Shown: one piece after another, positions 1 to 9,700 of the stretch | How the letters are laid out: every line of letters starts with the position of its first letter | Position numbering within the stretch: position 1 is the first letter of the stretch | From: Clostridiales bacterium | Lineage (GTDB): Bacteria; Bacillota; Clostridia; TANB77; CAG-508 | NCBI GenBank assembly: GCA_019417465.1 | Contig: DXVF01000004.1 | Location: 60,328 to 92,327, forward strand | DNA: 32,000 nucleotides | Direction of reading: 5' to 3' | The notes under the pieces: generated by a model | Database searches by the model: none | Told to the model about the DNA's origin: nothing | Seen by the model: only the letters and a program-made list of their open reading frames with translations | Made by a program: the position numbers and the translations under genes

Positions 1-72
1 GCTTTTGCTGTTATATGTGGTGTTTCAGCAATTTATGCATATAGAAAAGTAAAAAATTATAATATAAAATAA
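1..72 (+). CDS. 3' end of a CDS entering from upstream; hydrophobic stretch plus basic tail, compatible with a sortase-substrate C-terminal anchor (no LPXTG visible in the window)
   Basis: Frame 1 is open from base 1 to TAA at 70-72 (AFAVICGVSAIYAYRKVKNYNIK*). A sortase gene lies convergent immediately downstream. Confidence 0.35.
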   Translation, partial: AFAVICGVSAIYAYRKVKNYNIK

Positions 73-127
73 TTAAAATATAAATAATAATTAAACACTA
101 TAATAATCTAAAATATCTTTAGCTTAT

Positions 128-751
128 TTATAGTGTTTTTGCTTTTATTAATAATCTTTTATCAGACATATTATTACATGTAATTAATGTTACAATTTTC
201 TCTCCATTTGTTTCTTGTGACATACATGATAAATCATTTGGACTAATTTCCTTTCTTTCATAGATAAAGTAATCTAAGCTATTTCCAGATAAATCGTAAA
301 TAGTTATTTTATCATTAATTTCTAATTCCTTTAATCTTCCAAAAAATCTTTTATCTGCATAATTGTGTCCAGCAATACATAAATTTCCTATTTTATTAGG
401 TGTAGGACCTGCAAATCTGCAAGGTGAAATTTTTAAAAGCTCATCATTTTGATTAGATAAAATAGGGTAGTTAATTTTAATTTTTTCGATTTCGATAATT
501 CCTATTACAAAAGATTCAGTATTTGATTTATCTATATTATTTAAAGATGTCTCATATAATGTACTAATATTGAATGAATCAGTTAAAACTTTAGAGTTTT
601 GTTCTTTTTTTGTATTACTATAGACTATAGATGAAAACAATAGAAGTAGCATGATGAAAAAAACAATTGAAGTATAAAATTGTAATTTAAAGCTAAATAT
701 TTTAACTTTTCGTTTTCTATTATATTCTTTAGTTACTAATATTTGGTTCAT
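128..751 (-). CDS. sortase family transpeptidase
   Basis: 207-aa ORF with an N-terminal TM segment. Carries the His motif IAGHN, the catalytic Cys motif TLITC and a downstream Arg (KRLLIKAK). GGAGG RBS lies before the ATG. Confidence 0.85.
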   Translation of the reverse strand: MNQILVTKEYNRKRKVKIFSFKLQFYTSIVFFIMLLLLFSSIVYSNTKKEQNSKVLTDSFNISTLYETSLNNIDKSNTESFVIGIIEIEKIKINYPILSNQNDELLKISPCRFAGPTPNKIGNLCIAGHNYADKRFFGRLKELEINDKITIYDLSGNSLDYFIYERKEISPNDLSCMSQETNGEKIVTLITCNNMSDKRLLIKAKTL

Positions 752-923
752 ATTTCCTCCAAAAAGTATTTATTTATAATATTTTTTGTAATAATATAAA
801 TAATATTAAGGGAAAAATTGAAATTAATGCAAATATTTTATAAAATTTTTTAAAAAATACTGCAAAAATTTTTTATTATATGGTACAATAGCAAAGTATA
901 AAAAAAATAAGGAGAGTATAGTG

Positions 924-1631
924 ATGTCTGATATTAAATATAAAAGAGTTTTGTTAAAGTTAAGTGGAGAAGCTTTAGCAGGAGATGAAAAAACTGGTAT
1001 ATCATCAAAAGTAATTGAAAAAATTTGTGATCAGATAAAAAATATGTTAGATTTGGGAGTACAAGTTGCAATAGTAGTAGGAGCAGGAAACTTTTGGCGT
1101 GGTAGATATGGTAAAGAAATGGAAAGAACTACATCAGATTATATGGGAATGATTGCAACGGCTATGAATGCTTTGGCACTTCAAGATGCCTTAGAATCAA
1201 GAGGAATGTATACAAGGGTACAAACTGCAATCGAAATGAGAGAAGTTGCAGAACCATATATAAAAAGAAAAGCAACTAAACATTTAGAAAAAGGAAGAGT
1301 AGTTATTTTTGCTTGTGGTTCTGGTAATCCATTTTTTACAACAGATACAGCGGCAGCATTAAGAGCAGCAGAAATAGAAGCTGATGTTATATTAGTTGCA
1401 AAAACAATTGATGGAGTTTATTCAGCAGATCCAAAAATAGATTCAAATGCAATTAAATATGATGAAATAACTTATTTAGACATATTAAACAAGGATCTGA
1501 AAGTAATGGATTCTACAGCAATATCATTATGTAAAGATAACGATATACCATTAATAGTATTTGCAATGGACAATACAGAAAACATAATAAAGGCTGTTAA
1601 AGGAGAAAAAGTTGGAACATTAGTAAAATAA
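924..1631 (+). CDS. pyrH: UMP kinase
   Basis: Motifs [22 protein letters not shown] and [26 protein letters not shown] upstream. ATG at 924, with GTG at 921 as an alternative start. Confidence 0.95.
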   Translation: MSDIKYKRVLLKLSGEALAGDEKTGISSKVIEKICDQIKNMLDLGVQVAIVVGAGNFWRGRYGKEMERTTSDYMGMIATAMNALALQDALESRGMYTRVQTAIEMREVAEPYIKRKATKHLEKGRVVIFACGSGNPFFTTDTAAALRAAEIEADVILVAKTIDGVYSADPKIDSNAIKYDEITYLDILNKDLKVMDSTAISLCKDNDIPLIVFAMDNTENIIKAVKGEKVGTLVK

Positions 1632-1805
1632 ATTTATTAGAATGTAATAAATAGTTTGTTACAAATTATTATAAATTAAGTTTTTCAATAAAAGCTTGAT
1701 TTTAAAAGTGTAGATTTTTAGAAAAATAAAAATAGAATTTATAATAATTTGCTAATTAAATTAATTTATAAAAATTAATTATAAAAAATAAAAGGAGAGA
1801 ATATT

Positions 1806-2354
1806 ATGAATTATACAGATTTAGAAGAAAAAATGAAAAAAACAGTAAGTGTTTATGAAGAAAATTTATCAGAAATTAGAGCTGGTCGTGCAAATCCTGC
1901 TATATTAAATAAAATAAAAGTAGATTATTATGGAGTTCCAACTCCAATAAATCAAGTTGCTGGAATATCTGTTCCAGAAGCACGTCTAATTGTAATACAA
2001 CCATGGGATGCAGGAATTTTAAAAGAAATAGAAAGAGAAATTTTAAAAGCTGATATAGGAATTAATCCAAACAATGATGGAAAAGTAATTAGATTAAATT
2101 TTCCAGAGCTAAATGAAGAAAGAAGAAAAGAGCTTGTTAAAGAAGTTAAAAAAATAGCAGAAGAAGCAAGAATAGCAGTAAGAAGCATTCGTAGAGATAA
2201 TATAGATAGCTATAGAAAAATGCAAAAAGATAGTGAAATTACAGAAGACGAATTAAAACAAGCAGAAGAAGATATACAAAAAATAACAGATAAAAATATA
2301 GAGTTAATAGATAAAATTTTGGAAAATAAAGAAAAAGAAATAATGAGTATATAA
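1806..2354 (+). CDS. frr: ribosome recycling factor
   Basis: 182-aa RRF-like protein ([38 protein letters not shown]). Conserved position after pyrH. Confidence 0.95.
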   Translation: MNYTDLEEKMKKTVSVYEENLSEIRAGRANPAILNKIKVDYYGVPTPINQVAGISVPEARLIVIQPWDAGILKEIEREILKADIGINPNNDGKVIRLNFPELNEERRKELVKEVKKIAEEARIAVRSIRRDNIDSYRKMQKDSEITEDELKQAEEDIQKITDKNIELIDKILENKEKEIMSI

Positions 2355-2386
2355 AGTTTTTTGTTTTATAGACTAGAAAGGAGAAT

Positions 2387-3313
2387 ATGTTAGCTAAAAA
2401 GTTAACATACCTAAAAATAGTTATGGATTTTAAACAAGCACTAATAAATGATGAACAATTAATTAATAGTAGTTTTGAAAAATATTTAAGAGATGAAAAA
2501 TGTCCTGAAGGACGTTTAAATGAGTCTACAAAATATAGCTTAATGGCAGGAGGAAAACGTTTAAGACCAATATTAATAATAGAAGTTTATAAGTTATTTA
2601 AAGACAATATCCAAGAATGTATTCCTTTTGCTATAGCTATGGAAATGATACATACATTTTCTCTTATTCATGATGATTTGCCAGGCATAGATAATGATGA
2701 TTATAGAAGAGGTAAATTAACTAATCATAAAAAATTTAATGAAGCAACTGCAATTTTAGCTGGAGACTCCTTGCTAAATAATGCATATATGATAATGATT
2801 GATGATATTATTAATAGTAAAGATGAAGTAATAAAATCAAGAAAAATTAAAGCAATGCAAGAAATTTCTTATGGTATAGACAGAATGATTGCTGGAGAGT
2901 ATATAGATACAGAATATGAAGGAAAACAAATATCTAATGACTATTTAGAATATATGCATAAAAATAAAACAGGTGCATTAATAAAAGCTTCTGTAAGAAC
3001 AGGTGCAATAATTGCTGGAGCAGATGATAAAGATATCGAAAAATTATCTATATATGCAGAAAAAATAGGATTAGCATTTCAAATAAAAGATGATATTTTA
3101 TCTGAAATAGGAGATGCAAAGGTTTTAGGAAAGCCAGTAGGAAATGATAAAGAAAAAGGAAAATGTACTTATGTTAGTAAATATGGATTAGAAGAATCAA
3201 ATAAAATGCTAAAAAGTATAATTAAAGAGTCTATAGAAATTATATCTACTTATAAAACAAATGATGAATTTTTAAAAGAATTAGCATTATATATTGAAAA
3301 TAGAAATAAATGA
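2387..3313 (+). CDS. ispA: short-chain (E)-polyprenyl diphosphate synthase (FPP/GGPP synthase family)
   Basis: First Asp-rich motif LIHDDLPGIDNDDYRRGK and second motif FQIKDDILS. GAAAGGAG RBS before the ATG. Confidence 0.85.
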   Translation: MLAKKLTYLKIVMDFKQALINDEQLINSSFEKYLRDEKCPEGRLNESTKYSLMAGGKRLRPILIIEVYKLFKDNIQECIPFAIAMEMIHTFSLIHDDLPGIDNDDYRRGKLTNHKKFNEATAILAGDSLLNNAYMIMIDDIINSKDEVIKSRKIKAMQEISYGIDRMIAGEYIDTEYEGKQISNDYLEYMHKNKTGALIKASVRTGAIIAGADDKDIEKLSIYAEKIGLAFQIKDDILSEIGDAKVLGKPVGNDKEKGKCTYVSKYGLEESNKMLKSIIKESIEIISTYKTNDEFLKELALYIENRNK

Positions 3314-3324
3314 AGGAGAAAAAT

Positions 3325-4047
3325 ATGAGCAATACTAATCAAAAAGAAAATATTTATCCAGATCATATTGCTATAATTATGGATGGAAATAGGAGATGGG
3401 CAAGAAAAAATAATCTAGAAGTAAAAGAAGGCCATAAAAAAGGGGCAGAAACTTTAGAAAAAATTGCAAAGTATTGTAATAATATAGGAATCAAATATCT
3501 AACAGTATATGCTTTCTCAACAGAAAATTGGAAAAGAAGTGAAGAAGAAGTTGGAGCTTTAATGATATTACTGCAAAATTATTTAAATGATTTTTCTAAA
3601 AGAGCAGATACAGAAAATATAAAAATTAAAGTATTGGGAGATATATCAGTACTTTCAAAAGGTATGCAAAATAGTATAAATAAGGCTATAGAAAGAACTA
3701 AAGGTAATACTGGTCTAACATTAAATATTGCTTTTAATTATGGTGGAAGAGCGGAAATTACATATGCGCTAAAACAAATAGCTAAAGAAATAAAAAATAA
3801 CAATATAAAAATAGAAGATATAAACGAAGAATTAATATCAAACAATTTATATACAAAAGGACAGCCAGATCCAGATTTATTAATAAGAACAAGTGGAGAG
3901 TTAAGAACAAGTAATTTTTTACCTTGGCAAATAGCTTATACAGAATTTTATTTTGATGATAAATACTGGCCAGACTTTTCAGAAGAAGATTTATTAAAAG
4001 CAATAGAAAACTATAAAGTTAGAAATAGAAAATTTGGAGGAAAATAA
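3325..4047 (+). CDS. uppS: undecaprenyl diphosphate synthase (cis-prenyltransferase)
   Basis: Motifs HIAIIMDGNRRWA, YAFSTENWKRS and LLIRTSGELRTSNFLPWQ. AAGGAGA RBS precedes ATG 3325; the ORF track start at 3310 is less likely. Confidence 0.93.
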   Translation: MSNTNQKENIYPDHIAIIMDGNRRWARKNNLEVKEGHKKGAETLEKIAKYCNNIGIKYLTVYAFSTENWKRSEEEVGALMILLQNYLNDFSKRADTENIKIKVLGDISVLSKGMQNSINKAIERTKGNTGLTLNIAFNYGGRAEITYALKQIAKEIKNNNIKIEDINEELISNNLYTKGQPDPDLLIRTSGELRTSNFLPWQIAYTEFYFDDKYWPDFSEEDLLKAIENYKVRNRKFGGK

Positions 4048-4050
4048 TAA

Positions 4051-4854
4051 ATGAATTTAAATCGCATATTAACAACAGTAATAGGTTTACCAATCGTTAT
4101 TATTGTATTTATATTTGGAAATATATATTTAATGGATATATTATTTACAATAATTGCAGCAATGAGTTTGCATGAATATTTTGATGCTTTTAAAGAAAAG
4201 GCAAAACCTGTTTATTGGCTCGGATATCTAGCATGTTTCTTAATATCATTAATACATATTGTACCAAGACAATATATAATTATAACAATAGGAATATTAG
4301 TACCAACAAGTATATTATTGTTGTTTTTGCAAGTTATTATTTCTAATATGAAGACTACAATTAAAGATATTGCAATTACTTTATTTGGAATTTGTTATAT
4401 ACCATTATTCTTAATGTATATACCACTATTAATGGGAACAGAGAATGGAAAATTACTTGTATGGTTTGTAATAATTTCAGCATGGGGAACAGATATATTT
4501 GCTTATATTGTAGGGAAAACAATGGGAAAACATAAATTTAGTAAAATTAGCCCTAATAAATCTATAGAAGGTTGTGTGGGTGGAACGATAGGTGCTATTA
4601 TTTTAACATTAGTTTATACATTAGTTATTAATACATATTTGGGAATGAATATTAACTATTTATATATAGGGCTAATTGCATGTTTTTTAAGTGTAATAGG
4701 TCAATTTGGAGACTTTTCAGCATCAAGCATAAAGAGATATGTTGGAATTAAAGATTTTAGCAATTTACTTCCAGGACATGGAGGAATGTTAGATAGAATA
4801 GACAGTTTAATATTTATAGCACCATTTGCGTATTTCTTATTAAATTTATTATGA
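4051..4854 (+). CDS. cdsA: phosphatidate cytidylyltransferase
   Basis: Polytopic membrane protein with SPNKSIEGCVGG and the C-terminal GHGGMLDRIDS signature. Conserved uppS-cdsA order. Confidence 0.9.
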   Translation: MNLNRILTTVIGLPIVIIVFIFGNIYLMDILFTIIAAMSLHEYFDAFKEKAKPVYWLGYLACFLISLIHIVPRQYIIITIGILVPTSILLLFLQVIISNMKTTIKDIAITLFGICYIPLFLMYIPLLMGTENGKLLVWFVIISAWGTDIFAYIVGKTMGKHKFSKISPNKSIEGCVGGTIGAIILTLVYTLVINTYLGMNINYLYIGLIACFLSVIGQFGDFSASSIKRYVGIKDFSNLLPGHGGMLDRIDSLIFIAPFAYFLLNLL

Positions 4855-4868
4855 TGGAGGAAATGTAC

Positions 4869-6126
4869 ATGCTTACTTTTATTATAAATTGTGTAAAAAT
4901 TATATTTCTTTTAGGATTATTAGTTTTTATCCATGAAGGAGGACATTTTATTGTAGCAAAAATTTGCAAGGTTAAGGTAAATGAATTTGCACTTGGATTT
5001 GGTCCTACAATTTTAAAATTTCAAGGAAAAGAAACAAAATATGCATTAAGATTAATTCCTTTAGGAGGATTTGTAAGCATGGAAGGAGAAGAAGAACGCT
5101 CTTTAAAAGAGGGTTCTTTTAGTAAAGCATCAATTCCTAGAAGAATAGCTATAGTGTTAGCTGGTCGGTATGGTAAATATTATATTTGCACTAATTATAT
5201 ATTTTGGACTTATGACAACAAATACTAATTTTACAACTAATAAAATAGAATCACTAGTGGATGGCTATAGTGCACAAGCTTCAGGTTTGCAAGTTGATGA
5301 TGAGTTAGTAAAAATAAATGGTAAAAAAGTAATAAATCAGGAAGATATTAATGAACAACTTCTAAAATCTAATGGAGAAAAAGTAAAGGTTTTAATAAAA
5401 AGAGATAATAATTTATTAGAATATGAAATTACTCCAAACGAAGTAAAATATAAAGAGACTGGAATATACCTAAAAGAAGGCACATCTACTAAAATTGTAG
5501 CCTTGCAAGAAGAAAGTCCAGCTAAAACACAAGGCTTAGAAGTAAATGATGTTATATTAAAAATAAATGGAGAAGAAGTAAAAGATGATGCAAACAAATT
5601 AATAAAGCTAATTAATGAAAATGAACAATCTGATTTGAAGATATTAGTTCAAAGACATGGAGAGGAAAAAGAATTTACTATTACTCCTACAGAAAACTCA
5701 AAATACTATTTAGGAGTTAATTTAAAACTTGCCGAAAATACTTTTACAAATAAAATATATTATGCTTTTAATTCAACTGTAGATTTTAGTTTTTCAATTA
5801 TAGATAATTTAAAGAGGCTTTTTACAGGTAATGTATCAACAGACCAACTAATGGGACCAGTAGGAATTTCAAGTGTAGTATCTAATACTGAAGGAATAAA
5901 GGATTATATTTATATTATTTCATTAATATCTTTATCTTTAGGTGTTACTAATTTGCTTCCTTTCCCACCACTAGATGGAGGAAAGATAGTATTATTGCTA
6001 ATAGAATTGATTAGAAGAAAACCTCTAGAAGAAAAAACAGAAATATCTATACAAATGTTAGGATTTGTTATATTAATTACATTATCAATATATATAACTT
6101 ATAATGATGTATTAAGAATTTTTTAG
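4869..6126 (+). CDS. rseP: RIP (site-2) zinc metalloprotease RseP/RasP family; requires a +1 frame change at CGG 5166-5168
   Basis: HEGGHF zinc motif, a PDZ-like middle region and the NLLPFPPLDGG motif. It is split into ORFs 4851..5228 (frame 0) and 5170..6126 (frame 1). The junction GCT GGT CGG T ATG GTA gives LAG-G-MVNIIFAL when the C is skipped. Confidence 0.85.
5166..5169 (+). other. in-frame CGG (CGGT) at a +1 frame transition in rseP
   Basis: 5166 is in phase with the upstream ORF (frame 0). The downstream ORF is in frame 1, starting with GGT 5167-5169. Confidence 0.8.
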
Positions 6127-6181
6127 TAAAAAAGGAGGAAATATGTTTAGTTATTAGAGACTAGCATATAAGATAGAAAGA

Positions 6182-6640
6182 ATGAAAGATGAAAAAGTGT
6201 TATTAAAAATAAAATCAAAATTTAAAATTATATATGAAATATTGCATAGATGTTCAGCTTTTTTGTTATTATTTATAATATTATTAATTCCATCTATAAT
6301 ATATAAAACTTTTATAGTATATTTAATTGCTGTAATAATAATAGCTATTGTTATGTTGGTGGTATTATTATTTGAGAGACAGAGATATAAATCATATGAT
6401 TATGAGTTTTATGAAGATAAATTCATATTTAATTCGAACTTTATAAATGTAGAAAATAAGTATGTAAAGTATGAGAATATAAAAGAAGTAAAATATGTAC
6501 AAAGTCTATTACAAACTTTTTTTAATTTAGGAGATATAGTTATTAATACTAATGCGGAAAATGGAGTAAATAATGGAATTGTTATACATAGTGTAGAAGA
6601 TGTTAAAAATGTATGTGATAAATTAAATTCTATTATATAA
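6182..6640 (+). CDS. membrane protein with C-terminal bacterial PH (YdbS/YdbT-like, DUF304) domain
   Basis: 152 aa with two N-terminal hydrophobic helices, followed by YENIKEVKYVQSLLQTFFNLGDIVINT, which is typical of bPH_2. Confidence 0.6.
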   Translation: MKDEKVLLKIKSKFKIIYEILHRCSAFLLLFIILLIPSIIYKTFIVYLIAVIIIAIVMLVVLLFERQRYKSYDYEFYEDKFIFNSNFINVENKYVKYENIKEVKYVQSLLQTFFNLGDIVINTNAENGVNNGIVIHSVEDVKNVCDKLNSII

Positions 6641-6753
6641 TAATATATAAGACTTCTTAAACCTACTTTGGGAGATAAAATTATAAATAGAGTAAAAATA
6701 AATATATATGTAATTATAAATAAAATGTCTTTTAGGAGGTTGTAACAAGTAAA

Positions 6754-9700
6754 ATGGCTGATGGGCAAGAAAAGATGCTAAAAGAAATTTTTAAAGATTT
6801 TGAAATAGATAGTAATATTATAAATAGTAAGATAAAGTCTATAAATTTATATAAAAAGACTAATAAATTAGAGATTAATATTTTATCTGATAAACAGGTA
6901 AAAGTTAAAGATGTTGGTGCTTTTGAAAAATATTTAATAAAAAGATTTATACTTAAAGATGCTGTTATACATGTTAGTTATATAGGAAATATAGAGAATA
7001 GTTTTTTAAAGCAGTGGGATGATATTTTAGATTATTTATCATATAAACATCCTCTTACTAAAGCCTTATTAAAAGAAAGCAGTCTAAATTTAGATGGAAA
7101 TAGTTTAAATATCAGTCTGAAACTATCTGGTTCTGATATATTATATGGTAGAGATATGGATAAAATATTATCAGATTTAATATTTAATGTGTTTAATCAA
7201 AAATACAAGATAAGATACATAGATAATAATTCACAAGAGACTAAAGAAAAAGTCGAAGAATATAGAAATAAAATGCAAGAGGAAGTAATTAAAAAAGTTC
7301 AGGAGAGATCTAAGATAACTGATGATACAAAAGAAAATAATTCTGTAGAGGAAAATAGAAAATCTGATAAAAAAGATTTTCAGTCTCAAACAAATGGAGA
7401 TATTGCAAATAGTAGTAGACAGCAAAATAAACAAGATAGTAAAAAAGAAGTAGAAGAACCAGAAGAAATAACACCATTAATATTAGGAAGAAATCAAAAT
7501 ATAAAAGAGCCATTAGTAAAAGTAATAGATATCTCTATAGATAGTGGAAAAATATCACTTGAAGGAGAAGTAATTAATACAGATTCAAGAGAGTTAAAAA
7601 CTGGTAAATTTTTATTTATGTTTGATTTATATGATGGTACGAGTACAATTACATGTAAAGCCTTTATAGAAAAAGATAAATTTAAAACTGTTTCTCGGAA
7701 GAATAAAATCTGCTAAAGGAATTAAAATTGGTGGCAGTGCACAATTTGATCCATTTGCAAAAGAACTTGGTGTAATTGCAAATACAATTGTAGAAACAGC
7801 TGGAATGAAAAAGCAAGAAAGAAAAGATGAAGCAAAAGTAAAAAGGGTAGAACTTCATATGCATACTCAAATGAGTCAAATGGATGGAATGACATCTGCA
7901 AAAGACTTAATAAAAAGAGCTATGAAGTGGGGAATGACATCTATTGCAATAACAGACCATGGTGTTGTACAAGCATTCCCAGAAGCACATAAGTTATTAG
8001 GTTTTGATAATCCAGATATGAAGGTAATTTATGGTGTGGAAGCATATTTAGTACCAGATAAGGTGCCTTGTGTATCTTTTCCAAAAGGACAAGATATAGA
8101 TACAACCTATTGTGTTTTAGATTTAGAAACTACAGGTTTTTCTTTTAGAACAGAAAAGATTACAGAAGTTGGAATAATGAAAGTAAAAAATGGAGAAGTA
8201 ATTGATGAATTTTCTTGTTTTGTAAATCCAGAAAAGCCAATTCCACAAAGAGTAATTGAGGTTACTAATATAACAGATGATATGGTAAAGGATGCAGAAA
8301 CAATAGAAACTGTTATGCCTAAAATTATAGAATTTGTTGGAGATAGTGTTTTAGTTGCACATAATGCGGATTTTGATATTGGATTTTTAAAATATAATGC
8401 AAAAGAATTAGGACTTACTCTAGATAACACATACTTAGATACTTTGCGTTTAGCTAAAGAGCTTTTTCCAGAATATAAAAAATATAAGCTTGGAATTATT
8501 GCAGAAAATCTAGGTATAAAAGTAGAAGTAGCACATAGAGCTTTAGATGATGTTGATACTACAGTAAAAGTATTAAAGGTAATGATTGAAATGCTTAAAG
8601 AAAAAGGTGTAAAAACAGTTAATGATATTGATAAATTAACTTCAGGAAATGCAGATTATAAAAGACTTCCAAGTTATCATGCAATAATCTTAGCTAAAAA
8701 TTATGTAGGACTTAAGAATTTATATAAATTAATATCAATTTCACACTTACATTATTTTTATAAAAAACCTCGTATTTTAAAATCTATATATAAAAAATAT
8801 TCAGAAGGTTTAATTCTTGGAAGTGCTTGTGAAGCGGGAGAATTATATAGAGCAATTATTGCTGGTAAATCTGATGAAGAAATAGAAGATATAGCAAAAG
8901 ATTACGATTATCTGGAGATTCAGCCAATAGGGAATAATATGTTCATGGTTAGAAATGAAACTGTACCAGATACAAAAGCATTAGAAGAAATAAATGAAAA
9001 AATAGTACATTTAGGAGAAAAATTAGGAAAGCTAGTAGTTGCAACATGTGATGTACATTTTATGGACCCTCAAGATGAAATATATAGAAGAATTTTAATG
9101 GCAGGACAAGGGTATGATGACGCAGATGAGCAAGCACCACTATATTTAAGAACAACAGAAGAAATGCTAAAAGAGTTTGAATATTTGGGAGAAGAAAAAG
9201 CATATGAAGTTGTTGTAACAAACACGAATAAAATAGCAGATATGTGTGAAAGAATAAGTCCAATATCGCCAGAAAAATGTCCTCCATATATTGATAATTG
9301 TGAGCAAACAATTAAAGATATAGCATATACAAAAGCTCATGAATTATATGGAGAAGATTTACCAGAAATAGTTGCAAGTAGATTAAAAAAAGAGCTAGAT
9401 TCAATTATAAAAAATGGATTTTCGGTTATGTATATTATTGCACAAAAACTTGTATGGAAATCTAATGAAGATGGATATTTAGTAGGTTCACGTGGTTCTG
9501 TAGGTTCTTCTTTTGTTGCTAATATGACTGGTATTACAGAAGTAAATTCACTTCCTGCGCATTATAGATGTCCAAATTGTAAATATTCAGATTTCACAGA
9601 TTATGGATATAAAAATGGTTTTGACCTTCCAGATAAGAAATGTCCAAAATGTGGTCATAAATTAGATAAAGATGGAATGGATATTCCTTTTGAAACTTTC

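Noticed and set aside
1952-2188. Antisense or shadow ORFs listed in the track: 1952..2188, 3782..4003, 5337..5597, 6409..6768, 7231..7434, 7310..7513, 7682..7879, 8107..8430, 9060..9311, 10146..10370, 13157..13378, 13246..13455, 13507..13707, 14642..14869, 16960..17307, 18302..18487, 20659..20919, 21972..22421, 24717..24923, 24832..25521, 25600..25935, 25874..26227, 26407..26622, 27571..27777, 29228..29431, 30087..30302, 30345..30539, 31409..31657
   Set aside because: Each lies inside, and opposite or out of frame to, a well-supported gene. Their products are low-complexity Leu/Phe/Ile/Ser-rich, as expected from the reverse frames of AT-rich coding DNA. None has an RBS or a recognisable motif.
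4851-4868. ORF-track start of rseP at ATG 4851 (MMEEMYM...)
   Set aside because: GGAGG at 4856-4860 is positioned as the RBS for ATG 4869. Starts at 4851, 4854 or 4863 would place the RBS inside or too close to the start codon.
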